Assembly: GCA_963781885.1 (NCBI GenBank) | Contig: CAWAHW010000007.1 | Span: forward strand, 544,001 to 608,000 | Direction of reading: 5' to 3' | DNA length: 64,000 nt | Source of the DNA: an uncultured Spirochaetota bacterium | GTDB lineage: Bacteria > Spirochaetota > Spirochaetia > SZUA-6 > Fen-1364 | Shown here: one piece after another, positions 38,614 through 48,343 of the stretch | Position numbering within the stretch: position 1 is the first letter of the stretch | Layout: every line of letters starts with the position of its first letter | The notes under the pieces: generated by a model | The model's database searches: none | What the model was told of the DNA's origin: nothing | Seen by the model: only the letters and a program-made list of their open reading frames with translations | Made by a program: the position numbers and the translations under genes

Positions 38614-38680
38614 GGCAGTCGGCCGCCCCCGCGCGCGCTGGCGTCCTGCCGCGCCGCCGAGACGGCGGGGTATGTACCCC

Positions 38681-38709
38681 TTTACACGAACGCTTATTTT
38701 CGTTAGGTT
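38681..38709 (+). promoter_or_regulatory. sigma70 promoter of rpmB
   Basis: TTTACA-17 bp-TAGGTT. Confidence 0.6.
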
Positions 38710-38775
38710 AGTCCCTCTGGGAATAAGGCAAATAGAATCCGCGGAATGCCGCGGCGCTCAGAAGGCAGGAATCCT

Positions 38776-38967
38776 ATGGCGCGCAAGTGTGAAATATGCG
38801 GTAAGGGAACGGTCACCGGGAACAAGGTGAGCCATGCAAAGAACCGTACGCGAAGGGTGTGGAAGCCCAACCTCCTCAAGATCCAGACAATGGTCGGAAA
38901 TACGCGCACGACGATGAAGATATGCACCCGCTGCCTGCGCAGCGGCAAGGTCGTAAAGGTCGTCTAG
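38776..38967 (+). CDS. rpmB: 50S ribosomal protein L28 (Zn-ribbon type)
   Basis: [33 protein letters not shown]. Confidence 0.97.
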   Translation: MARKCEICGKGTVTGNKVSHAKNRTRRVWKPNLLKIQTMVGNTRTTMKICTRCLRSGKVVKVV

Positions 38968-38971
38968 CGCC

Positions 38972-39045
38972 GCCACGGGCTCGCTTCCGTGCATCCGTGC
39001 ACTCGCTCGCCCTCGGCATCCTGCCTATGGTAGTCCGTAGGCATT
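38972..39045. repeat. Long REP/MITE-like intergenic element, copy 2
   Basis: Matches 12893-12983; internal hairpins GTGCA-TCCG-TGCAC and GGCA-TCC-TGCC; between convergent rpmB and sodA. Confidence 0.85.
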
Positions 39046-39094
39046 TTCATCCCGGCGCCATCGCACCGCGGCAGACGCCGCGGCGCAACAACAT

Positions 39095-39703
39095 CTACTT
39101 CGCGGCGAGATTCGCCGCCACCTGCTCCCACGAAATCACGTTCCAGAACGCCGCGATGTAGTCGGGCCTCTTGTTCTGGTACTTCAAGTAGTAGGCATGC
39201 TCCCAGACATCCAGCCCCAGAATCGGCTTGAGGCCCTGGCTGACGGGAGAATCCTGGTTGGGAAGGCTCGTGACCACGAGCTTCCCGCCCGCGTCCGCGC
39301 ACAGCCACGCCCACCCGCTGCCGAAGAGATTCGCCGCGGCATTGCTGAATTGCTCCTTGAATGCATCGAAGCTTCCGAATCCCGCATCGATGGCAGAGGC
39401 CAGTGCTCCGGAAGGCTTTCCGCCGCCCTTGGGCGAGAGCATCTTCCAGAAAAGGCTGTGATTCAGGTGCCCGCCGCCATGATTGCGCACCGCCGTCCTC
39501 ACGTCGGCGGGTATGGAATCAAGCGCGCGCAGTATTTCCTCGATGGGCTTGTTCTGGAAGGAAGGCGCCTTCTCGAGGGCCGCGTTCAGCTTTGCGACAT
39601 ACGTCGCATGGTGCTTTCCGTGGTGGATCTCCATGGTCTTCGCATCGATGTGCGGTTCCAGCGCGTTGAAAGGATAGGGAAGATCGGGTAGTGAAAAGGC
39701 CAT
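39095..39703 (-). CDS. sodA: Mn/Fe superoxide dismutase
   Basis: [31 protein letters not shown]. Confidence 0.95.
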   Translation of the reverse strand: MAFSLPDLPYPFNALEPHIDAKTMEIHHGKHHATYVAKLNAALEKAPSFQNKPIEEILRALDSIPADVRTAVRNHGGGHLNHSLFWKMLSPKGGGKPSGALASAIDAGFGSFDAFKEQFSNAAANLFGSGWAWLCADAGGKLVVTSLPNQDSPVSQGLKPILGLDVWEHAYYLKYQNKRPDYIAAFWNVISWEQVAANLAAK

Positions 39704-39730
39704 CAAACACCTCCTATGAATGCTATGTAA

Positions 39731-39759
39731 ATATTAGTATTTTGATCAGGTATAGGCAA
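39731..39759 (-). promoter_or_regulatory. sigma70 promoter of sodA
   Basis: TTGCCT-17 bp-TAATAT. Confidence 0.65.
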
Positions 39760-39792
39760 AGGAAAAGCCATACTTGAAGGCGGGAGGAAGGC

Positions 39793-41294
39793 ATGGCGGC
39801 GAAAATCAGGGACAGGGTGTTCGGCGAGAGGCTCGGCGCGGTTGCCGGAGTGAGAAAATGGTCGCCAAAAATCCTGGAAAAGCTCGAATCGCTTGTCCGG
39901 GAGGGCGATGACTACGAGCTTTTCCGCATCAACCCCCTGCGGTTCGCCGCGGACCGCGGCCTGGTGGAGAACGAGGCCATCGACCTTTTCCTCCACGGCA
40001 CGAAGGCCGGCATGTTCCAGATGGAGTGGGACCTCGTTTGCCCGACCTGCGGCGACTCCGTGGAGAGCTTCCGCTCGCTCAACAAACTGAACTCCCACTT
40101 CTACTGCACCATCTGTGACCTGAACGCGGAGGCGACGCTCGACGATTTCATCCAGGTCAACTTCACCATCTCCCCCGAGATCCGCGACATCATCTACCAC
40201 CGCCCCGAAGCGCTTTCAATCGAGGACTATCACCTGAAGTACCACTTCGACCAGAACGCGAAGATCCCGGCGGTCCGCGTTTCATCGAGGCCGTTCCGTC
40301 GCTCGTGAAGGGGCTCTCTTACATCGGGCCGGGGCAAAAGAAGCGCTTCGAGATGAACATCCAGAGCGGCAGCATCGCGTTCAACAACCTCATGCAGCAC
40401 CTGAGCGTCGCCGTGCCGGTGACGGGGGCCGCGGTGGGTTCCCCCCAGCAGGTGATGGTGCGCATGGAGGCCGGGCAGATCGTGCCCGCGCAGGCGAGCG
40501 TTTCCCCCGGCAAGCTCGTCCTCACGGTGGAGAACAAGACCGCGGCCAAGGCATCGATCATGATCGTCAACTTCCCGCCCGATTTCGAGAAGAAGCGCCT
40601 CCTTTTCGATCCCTTCCTGTCGGGAAAGAAGCTCATCTCCATCCAGACGTTCCGTGACCTCTTCAATTCCGAGGTGCTTCAGAGCACGGAGGGAATCGGC
40701 GTCCGGGACATCACGATCCTGTTCACGGACCTCAAGGGGTCCACGGCGCTCTACGAGCGCATTGGCGACCTGAAGGCATTCTCCCTCGTGCACCAGCATT
40801 TCGACAGGCTGGGAAGGGTCATCAATGAGAACGCGGGCGCCTTCGTGAAGACGATCGGAGACGCCGTGATGGCGTCTTTCCTGAATCCGTTTGACGCGGT
40901 GAAGGCCGCGCTGGAGATGAACAAGGAGATTGCACGGTTCAACCGGGCATTCACCAGCCGCGACGTGATCCTGAAAATCGGGATCCACAAGGGACCGTGC
41001 ATCGCGGTGACCCTCAACGACCGGCTTGACTATTTCGGTCAGACCGTCAACACGGCGGCCCGGGTCCAGAGGCTTGCCGGCTCCGAAGAGGTGTACATCA
41101 CGGAGGAAGTGATCAGCTTCAACGGTGTGAAAGGGCTCCTGAAAAGCTACAGGGTCTTCGGTGGGAAGAAGAAGCTGAAGGGAATCCAGGACGAGATCCA
41201 AGTCTACAGAATAGAGACCGCGGCGGCGGAGGATTCCACGCCTCGGGTCGGGCTCAGGGCGGCAGCAGGCGCGGTTTCGAACCGAACGCCCTGA
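39793..41294 (+). CDS. Class III cyclase with N-terminal DUF5939-like Zn domain, split by an indel near 40267
   Basis: RINPLRFA, CPTC..CTIC; then FTDLKGST, KTIGDAVMA, DYFGQTVN. Confidence 0.85.
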
Positions 41295-41361
41295 TTTCCG
41301 GCCTCCAAAGGGCAGTCACGCTTCACATACCCCATGAAGCCCGGGACGGGGCCGGCCTTGC

Positions 41362-42084
41362 CTAGTTGCCGAGATCCACGGCCAGCCATTTGGACAAATC
41401 CGTCTGCGATGAATCGATCTTTCCGATCCCCACTTTGGCGGTCGTTTCTGCGACCAGATAGGCCTTTCCATTGTAGGGGAATCGCTGGCCGCCGCCGGGG
41501 ACATCCACGGCAAGCATGGCATGGGAATATTCGCGGGAGATCATCAAGACGCAGTCGATTCCCATGCGTTCGAGTATGATGGCCATGACCATGGCCCGGG
41601 AATCGCAGTCGCCCCTCCGCTCGAATGCGGCGGTGAGCGGTGAGTACGAGTTGATGAGAGTGCTTTCGGTCGACGCGACCAGCGCGTAGCTGCTCTCCGA
41701 AGCGGTCGCGCCGGAGATGAAAACGGCATGACCCTTGCGTTGCACGCCATCGACGGTGAAATCCAGCTCCGCGATCACGGCCCCATGACCCTGGTACGTG
41801 AAGCTGGAACGGTCCCCTGTCGAGCCCATCTGCTGGAGAAGGTCCGCAGCCATGAGCTCCGCCGAGCCGTAGCGCCCGGGCGCGTAGATCAGGATGTCGA
41901 GCTCCATGCCGTCGTTCGCGTCAAAGTAGGCGAAGCGCGTCTTTCCCTCTCCATCCCCCGCGGTGAAGCCCGACGGCATATCGATGACGGCCCCGGTGCC
42001 AGTGGCGAGCTCCTTCGCGGCGACAGGGGATGCCAGCATGCCCACGAATGCCGCGATGATGGCCGCACGTTTGAAAAGTTGCAC
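41362..42084 (-). CDS. Exported protein with C-terminal transglutaminase-like core
   Basis: Signal peptide; GDCDSRA...SHAM...AETT. Confidence 0.65.
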   Translation of the reverse strand: MQLFKRAAIIAAFVGMLASPVAAKELATGTGAVIDMPSGFTAGDGEGKTRFAYFDANDGMELDILIYAPGRYGSAELMAADLLQQMGSTGDRSSFTYQGHGAVIAELDFTVDGVQRKGHAVFISGATASESSYALVASTESTLINSYSPLTAAFERRGDCDSRAMVMAIILERMGIDCVLMISREYSHAMLAVDVPGGGQRFPYNGKAYLVAETTAKVGIGKIDSSQTDLSKWLAVDLGN

Positions 42085-42139
42085 CTTGGAAAGGAATCCG
42101 CCCCGGGACGCGGCACCGCGCATGACGAGCCTCAGGTGC

Positions 42140-43663
42140 TCACGACGCTGCGGGACGGCTTCGCCCCGGATCCACTTTCTTGAAATCGATGTAGCCCCGC
42201 TCGACATCCACCTCCGTGAGCACCACGCGAATCCTGTCGCCAATATCCAGGTCTTCAAACCCGCGTATCACCCTTCCCTCGGCCGGCACGGCGACCAGTC
42301 TCGCCCACGTGCCCTTGTCGGAGGCGCCGGTGACAAGGGCGTCAAAGCTTTCTCCGATCCTCGACGCGAGCAGCAGCGCGGCCGCAGACTTGCCCACCTG
42401 CCTCTCGACCTTGCGGGAGGCATCTTCCGCGTCGGTGAGATGATGCGCCAGCTCGTCCAACGCGGCAAAAGCATAGGGCTCCGCCTGCCCGGTGATGCCT
42501 GCCTTCACCAACCGCTGCGTGACCAGGTCGGCATACCGACGGTTCGGCGCGGTGGAGTGCGCATAATCCTTCACGGCGAGCGCAAAGTGTCCCGGGGCGA
42601 CCCCTTCGGGCGGCTCCGCGACGTACTCTCCCGATCCAAGCAGCTTGATGACGGAAAGGGAGAGGTCGGGGAAGCGCAGCGGATCGGCCGCCTTTTCCCT
42701 GACAAGGAACTGATCCAGCGCTCCAGAATCCGGACCTTCCGGCAGGCGGAACTTGCGCTCCGATGCAATTTCGACGATCCGATCCCAGCGCTTGGGCGTG
42801 CGCACGACCCTTCGCATCGACGAGAGTTTTTTCGAGGCAAGGAATCGCGCGATGACGCCGTTGGCAGCGATCATGAAATCCTCGATGATCTCCTTGGCCC
42901 GATTTCTCTCTTCCACCTCGAGGTTGCGGAGAGTTTCGCCCTCAAAAACAGGCTTCGCCTCGATGGTGTCCAGGCTCAATGCGCCATGGGCATGGCGACG
43001 CTGCTTCAGCTTCTGGGCGATCCTGTCTTGTAGAAGAAGGTTGTCTGCCAGGCCCCCGACGGCGCCGATCCCTTCGGGAGCGGATGCGTTTCCTTCCAGC
43101 CAGGCCGCCACGCTGTTGTAGGCAAGCTTCGCGTGATTCACGACCCGCGCCCGGTAGACGTCCGAGCTTCGCAGTGCGCCATCCGCGCCGATGGACATTT
43201 CCACGACAACGGCCAGACGCTCCACCCCGGGACCCAGCGACGTGATGTCGGTGGAGAGCTTTTCCGGCAGCATCGGGAAGATCTTTGCCGCCGTATACAC
43301 GGAGACCGTGTTGTGCAAGGCGTGTTCGTCGATGGCCCCGCCACTTTTCACGACCGCGTCCACATCCGCAACGGCGACGCGAATCTTCACCACGCCGTCG
43401 GGCAATTTTTCCGCGACCGTGAGCTGGTCCAGGTCGCGGGAATCGTCGTTGTCGATCGAGGCCCACGGGAGCGCCGTCAGGTCGCGGACCCCCGGGCGCT
43501 CTGCCGGTGGGAGGCTTTGCATTTCCGCTGGTGATCTGATTCCCTCGAGCTCGGCCAGCGCCCCGGGTGAAAAGTCAGGGAGCAAATGCCTTTCTATCAT
43601 CACCCTGTGGGCGATGCGTTTGAGGATCGTGCGATCCTCATCGCGTGGCGTCTTCTGTTCCAT
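42140..43663 (-). CDS. RNB-domain exoribonuclease (RNase II/R family)
   Basis: SIDNDDSRDLDQ, VAVADV, IEDFMIAAN, YAHSTAPNRRYADL, S1 domain. Confidence 0.92.
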   Translation of the reverse strand: MEQKTPRDEDRTILKRIAHRVMIERHLLPDFSPGALAELEGIRSPAEMQSLPPAERPGVRDLTALPWASIDNDDSRDLDQLTVAEKLPDGVVKIRVAVADVDAVVKSGGAIDEHALHNTVSVYTAAKIFPMLPEKLSTDITSLGPGVERLAVVVEMSIGADGALRSSDVYRARVVNHAKLAYNSVAAWLEGNASAPEGIGAVGGLADNLLLQDRIAQKLKQRRHAHGALSLDTIEAKPVFEGETLRNLEVEERNRAKEIIEDFMIAANGVIARFLASKKLSSMRRVVRTPKRWDRIVEIASERKFRLPEGPDSGALDQFLVREKAADPLRFPDLSLSVIKLLGSGEYVAEPPEGVAPGHFALAVKDYAHSTAPNRRYADLVTQRLVKAGITGQAEPYAFAALDELAHHLTDAEDASRKVERQVGKSAAALLLASRIGESFDALVTGASDKGTWARLVAVPAEGRVIRGFEDLDIGDRIRVVLTEVDVERGYIDFKKVDPGRSRPAAS

Positions 43664-43703
43664 TGCTGCTGCGCGCTCGGACAACGGTCGATCCCGGTCG
43701 CCG

Positions 43704-44030
43704 TCAGGTCGTTCCTGGAGAATCCAGGGCGGCTCTTTTCTTTCCGGCGAACGCGCGATACTCCTTTTCTTTCACGTCTTTGCGCTCGCGAAGCATTTGT
43801 ACGTCCGTGAGGATGTCACGGATCGACGGCGTATCACGGCTCAGTGTGAGTCGGTCTTTATCCACGAGCGAACTGTACACCTCATTGCCAATCTTCGCCA
43901 TGAGCTTCTCCGCGCGGGCCTGCAATTGCATGATCTCGAGCTTCATCACACCCCGCGTGCCAAGGTCTTCCGCATCGGCCACACCCTTGTTGACGATCTT
44001 TCTCATTCTAGTGTCGAAGCGGCCGTCCAC
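43704..44030 (-). CDS. Small coiled-coil hypothetical protein
   Basis: Protein-like composition (KLEIMQL..KIGNEVY); start uncertain. Confidence 0.6.
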   Translation of the reverse strand: MDGRFDTRMRKIVNKGVADAEDLGTRGVMKLEIMQLQARAEKLMAKIGNEVYSSLVDKDRLTLSRDTPSIRDILTDVQMLRERKDVKEKEYRAFAGKKRAALDSPGTT

Positions 44031-44149
44031 AGCCCGGCGCCATTCAAGCGGTGCGTCGGGAGCTGGAGCGGGACCGCGCGCGGCCGTCTCACCGGAGCGC
44101 CGTCATCGATGGCGCTCCCCGGTTCTGACGTGCCGGCGATTGTCGTCCG

Positions 44150-45652
44150 ATGGGGTTTTCATTCCGTCTGGCGGAGAGGTATTTTCTCAACGTGAACACC
44201 ACTACGCGAAAGGCTCCACGGAAAACATCCGGACGAAAGGCTCCGCGACAGGTCGCCGCCCATCCCGCCGGAACGATCCACCGCTCCATCGAGCTGCTGC
44301 GGACGGCGCTCGTTGATCTGGGCGCCCCGCTGCCGTTTTCGGATGTGGAACGCGTGGCGATCATGATCAATGAAGCCATGAGCGTCCAGGCGCGCAGCTT
44401 CCATACCCCGGCGCACGTCTTCGACCTCGTCGATCCCGGCAATCCCCGCATGACGCTCGCCGCGCTCTTTCACGACCTCGTTTACTACCAGGTGGACCAC
44501 GGATTCACGCCGCCGATCGCCGCGTCGGTCGAGTCGGGCATCGAACGGCGCGACGGTGCGCTCTTCGTCCGTTCGGAGGTCGCGCCGGGCGACCGCCAGC
44601 TTTCGCTCGCGCTCATCGTCTTCGGGCTTGCGCCGGGCAGCAAGCTCGACCCCTACGGCGGGATGAACGAGTTCCTGAGCGCGCTCGTCATGATGCGCAG
44701 TCTCGGGGCAGCCGTGCGGGAGCCTGACCTTGCGCTCACCGCCGGCTGCATCGAGCAGACCATCCCCTTTCGCGGGCTCGATGCGCGCGGCAGGAGCCCG
44801 GCGGAGCTTCTCGAGGAGCGCCTGGAGGAAGCGGACAAGGCGCTCGGGCTGGGCCTCACGACGGAAAGGCTGCGGGAGGGCGCGCGCTGGGCCGTCGGCT
44901 TTGCCAACCGCGACGTTGCGAACTTCGCGGAGGAGGATGTCGGGCACTTTCTCGACAATACGTGGAAGCTCCTGCCGGAAACCAACCCGGCGCTCCGCAC
45001 GCAGGGAATCTACTCCATCCACAGCTACCGGGCGGCTCTCCAGGGCATGGAGGGATTCCTCCGGGCTCTCGATCCGCGAACAATCTTCGCCCGCCACCGG
45101 GGCGTTCCCTCGGCGGCGGAATACGCCCAAATGGAGCGACGGGCGCGCCGGAACGTCACCGCCGCGCGTGAATACCTGGGCATGAAGCTCCTGGCAGCGG
45201 CAGTTCTCGAGGCTTTTGCCGAGGCGAGCGGCGGCGATGCGCCGATTTCATACTTCATGGGCGAGCTCGACGTGAAGGAGAAGGGCGGCAGGCTGGAAGA
45301 CTATCTGCCGCGCCGGCTTTCGCGGGCCACGGCCGTGTCGTCAGCGCGTCAGCCCCTTGACCCGACGCTCTACAAGCTCCTGGCCAAGGGACGGGCAAGC
45401 GCATCACGCTTCGATCTCCAGAACTCGCCGCTCGCGCTTTTCATTGGGGAGAATGTCGGGGCGGACGGTGTTGCGGCGCTCCTTGCCGCGGCCCGTCGGA
45501 TGTTCGCCGGGGACATTGCTCCGCGCGCCTTCCTCGAGAAACTTCCCGGCCGCGTTGCCGCCGCCGTCGCAGAGGCGTGCGCCGCCATGGCCTTCGCCCG
45601 CCGCGACCCGCTCCTGGCGTACGCGCAGGAGCGCCGCCGGGAAGGGGAGTAG
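44150..45652 (+). CDS. Conserved hypothetical protein with HD-like motif
   Basis: RSFHTPAH, AALFHDLVY, ANRDV; start uncertain. Confidence 0.65.
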   Translation: MGFSFRLAERYFLNVNTTTRKAPRKTSGRKAPRQVAAHPAGTIHRSIELLRTALVDLGAPLPFSDVERVAIMINEAMSVQARSFHTPAHVFDLVDPGNPRMTLAALFHDLVYYQVDHGFTPPIAASVESGIERRDGALFVRSEVAPGDRQLSLALIVFGLAPGSKLDPYGGMNEFLSALVMMRSLGAAVREPDLALTAGCIEQTIPFRGLDARGRSPAELLEERLEEADKALGLGLTTERLREGARWAVGFANRDVANFAEEDVGHFLDNTWKLLPETNPALRTQGIYSIHSYRAALQGMEGFLRALDPRTIFARHRGVPSAAEYAQMERRARRNVTAAREYLGMKLLAAAVLEAFAEASGGDAPISYFMGELDVKEKGGRLEDYLPRRLSRATAVSSARQPLDPTLYKLLAKGRASASRFDLQNSPLALFIGENVGADGVAALLAAARRMFAGDIAPRAFLEKLPGRVAAAVAEACAAMAFARRDPLLAYAQERRREGE

Positions 45653-45670
45653 CGCGGGCGGGCCCGTCGC

Positions 45671-46861
45671 CTATCCCCGGTCGATTTCCTGCACGAGCGC
45701 GCCGGCGAGCTCCCATGTGCGGGAGAGCACCTCCGGGTCGATCTTGTCGAATGTGTCCTGCTTCTGGTGCCAGAATGGGGCCACCTTGTCCCGGCCCAGC
45801 CCCATGAGCGTGATGGCGGCAACCTTGGCCCGCACGGCATCCGCGAGCTCGGTATTTCCTCCGCTGATCTTCGACGGATAGGCCTTCCACTCCGGGTGAT
45901 CCGCGGCCAGCTTTTCGATCATGCGCGTGAGCCCGGGATCGCTCCTGAATGGAACGATGATCCCTTCCCGCGTCAGCCAGGAAGGGCCCGCGCAGCCGAG
46001 CATCTCGAAGACCATCGCGCGCGGCTCCTTCATCTCCGCCCTGTGTCGCCGATAGAAATCGATCATGCCATAGTGCTGGACCTCTTCGCACCCCGTCACG
46101 ACGGCGAAGACCCGCGTATGCTCCAGGGGGTGCGCCGCGAGCTGTCCCGCGAGGGTGAGCACGAGGCCGACCGCGGTGGCGTTGTCGTTCGCGCCGGCCG
46201 TGAAGGGCGTGCTTTCCGCCTGGATGCACAGCGCAGCCAGCAGGACGGCGCAGACCGCGGTGGGAATGCTCGCGTACCATGCCCAGGGCCAGGCGAAGGG
46301 AATGGCCAGAAGGTACAGGACGGCCTGCCAGAAGAAGGTGACGATTGCCACCGTCGTGAACTTGTCGTACGCCTTCACCCAGCCGGGCGTGCGGAAGATC
46401 AGGGGCGTTCTTTGCGTGTCGACGTGCCCGACGAGCAGGAGATCGCGCAGGTGCTCGCCGCGGGGAGGGATGAGCGCGTGGACATTCTGGCTTTCCGCCT
46501 TGGGCATCAGAAGCCGGAGAATGTTGCCGCGAAAACCGAGCTCCTGCAGCTCGGAGACGATGACAAGGACGGACAGCAGGAAAGCAAGAGCGGCGGTGAC
46601 GAACCCGTGCAGCGGAAAGACGGCAAAGGCGATGATCATGCCGATGCTGCCCAGGAGATGGGGATGGAAGATGGACCGCGCGCTGCGGAAGCCCTCGGTG
46701 AGCGGCTGCAGACCGATCCGTGCAAGGGCGGCGCGCGCGTATTCGGAGCCGCGTCGCTCACCGTCGCGCGTGGGCCCCCGCGGACCTATCCCCTCCGCGA
46801 GCGCGCGGATGTGTCCCCGCCATTCTACGACCTTCGGATTCTGCGAAGCGGGTTGCGCCAT
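45671..46861 (-). CDS. M28-family peptidase with membrane inserts
   Basis: GHVDT, GANDNATAV, GCEE, FWH..DT; two hydrophobic hairpins. Confidence 0.85.
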   Translation of the reverse strand: MAQPASQNPKVVEWRGHIRALAEGIGPRGPTRDGERRGSEYARAALARIGLQPLTEGFRSARSIFHPHLLGSIGMIIAFAVFPLHGFVTAALAFLLSVLVIVSELQELGFRGNILRLLMPKAESQNVHALIPPRGEHLRDLLLVGHVDTQRTPLIFRTPGWVKAYDKFTTVAIVTFFWQAVLYLLAIPFAWPWAWYASIPTAVCAVLLAALCIQAESTPFTAGANDNATAVGLVLTLAGQLAAHPLEHTRVFAVVTGCEEVQHYGMIDFYRRHRAEMKEPRAMVFEMLGCAGPSWLTREGIIVPFRSDPGLTRMIEKLAADHPEWKAYPSKISGGNTELADAVRAKVAAITLMGLGRDKVAPFWHQKQDTFDKIDPEVLSRTWELAGALVQEIDRG

Positions 46862-46879
46862 GGTGTCCCCCTGATGGGG

Positions 46880-46908
46880 ATTGTACCCCCATTACCGGCT
46901 GAAGTGAA
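46880..46908 (-). promoter_or_regulatory. sigma70 promoter
   Basis: TTCACT-17 bp-TACAAT. Confidence 0.55.
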
Positions 46909-47068
46909 CGGCCGCGGGGGCCGCGCGATGCACAGGCATGGGAGGCCGCTGCGATGCAGCCGAAGATCCGCGGCCCCGGGTGCTGCACCCCGAGCGGTAT
47001 GCCGACGGAGGACCCTGGAAGGACCTGCGCGGGACAAAGTGGTCGGGCTGACCGACAGCGCCTCCTTC

Positions 47069-48343
47069 TCAGGGCATCAGGAGCAGGAGCGGCTTCGTGA
47101 CAAGCTCCATAAAACGCGCAAGGAACTTGCAGGCATAGACGCCGTCGATCAGCCGATGGTCCACGACGAGGGAGAGCGGCAGCAGCGACGCAGGAACAAC
47201 TGCGTCGTCCCTGACCACGGGCTCCTGGTGGATGCGCCCAATGCCCAGGATGCCGACTTGCGGGGGAAGGATCATCGGGTTGCCGTAGACACCGGAAAAG
47301 GAGCCGAAGTTGGAGATCGTGAAGCTGCCGCCGCGAATCTCGTCGAGCTGCAGCGTGCGGGCGCGGGCCCGCTCCGTGAGGCGCACGATCTCGGCGTGAA
47401 TCTTCGGCACGGAGAGCGCCCCCGCGTCCTTCACCACGGGCACGACGAGCCCTTCCTCCGTATCCACCGCCACGCCGATCTGCGGCGAAGGGAACGATCG
47501 GTACTCCTTGCGCTCCGGTGAATACGTGGAGCTCAGCAGCGGATAATCCTGCAGCGAAAGGGCCGCTGCCTTCACGAAGAAGGCCAGAAGGCCCACCTTC
47601 TCCTTTGCCGATTCGTTCATGTCGTGTCGGAGCCGCAGCAGGTCATCGGCGATAGTGTAGTCGTGCACCGCGGCGGCCGGGATGGCCTGACTCTTCTCCA
47701 TGGCCGCGGCAATGGCCAGCCGCATCGTGGAGAGCTTCTTCGTGGAGCCGCCATTCGCGTCGACGGGAGCGAACGGTCCGGCGACATGCGCGGCGTTTTT
47801 CACCTCCGGGGCGGCGAGATCCGCCTTCAGTATCCTGCCCCCCGGTCCGGTGCCCGTCACGCGCGAAAGGTCGATGCCCGACTCCGCTGCAAGCTTGCGG
47901 GCAACGGGCGATGCACGCACCTTCCCGCGCGCGGCCCCGTTGCTGGATGGCGCGGGGGAAAGCGCGCGGCTCTCCGAGCTGGGCGGCAGGACCATGCCGC
48001 CTCCCGTGTCGAGCCTGCCCACCACCGTCCCCGACTCCTCAAAGGCGGGTGCAACGACCGCGCGAGGTGCCATGGCCGGGGCAGGGGAGGCGCTGGTCCT
48101 GATGCGTGCCACCACTTCGCCCACCTTCACGACCTGGCCCTGCGCGATCCTGATCTCGGCGATGACACCGTCCACGGGCGACGGCATCTCGGTCACCACC
48201 TTGTCGGTCTCCACGATTGCAAGGGCGTCACCCGGCTTCACGTGCTGGCCGGCGGCGACCTTCAGCTCGACGATCGTCCCTTCCGTAAGACCTTCACCGA
48301 TGTCGGGGAACCGGAAATCGTACAAACCGTCGTCACGGCTCAT
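47069..48343 (-). CDS. pdhC: 2-oxoacid dehydrogenase E2 (single lipoyl domain)
   Basis: PDIGEGLTEG, ETDKV, ASPVARKLA, DHRLIDG. Confidence 0.9.
   Translation of the reverse strand: MSRDDGLYDFRFPDIGEGLTEGTIVELKVAAGQHVKPGDALAIVETDKVVTEMPSPVDGVIAEIRIAQGQVVKVGEVVARIRTSASPAPAMAPRAVVAPAFEESGTVVGRLDTGGGMVLPPSSESRALSPAPSSNGAARGKVRASPVARKLAAESGIDLSRVTGTGPGGRILKADLAAPEVKNAAHVAGPFAPVDANGGSTKKLSTMRLAIAAAMEKSQAIPAAAVHDYTIADDLLRLRHDMNESAKEKVGLLAFFVKAAALSLQDYPLLSSTYSPERKEYRSFPSPQIGVAVDTEEGLVVPVVKDAGALSVPKIHAEIVRLTERARARTLQLDEIRGGSFTISNFGSFSGVYGNPMILPPQVGILGIGRIHQEPVVRDDAVVPASLLPLSLVVDHRLIDGVYACKFLARFMELVTKPLLLLMP

Noticed and set aside
44084-44108. GGAGCGCCGTC-ATC-GATGGCGCTCC hairpin
   Set aside because: Lies between divergent genes with no U tract; single occurrence, function unsupported
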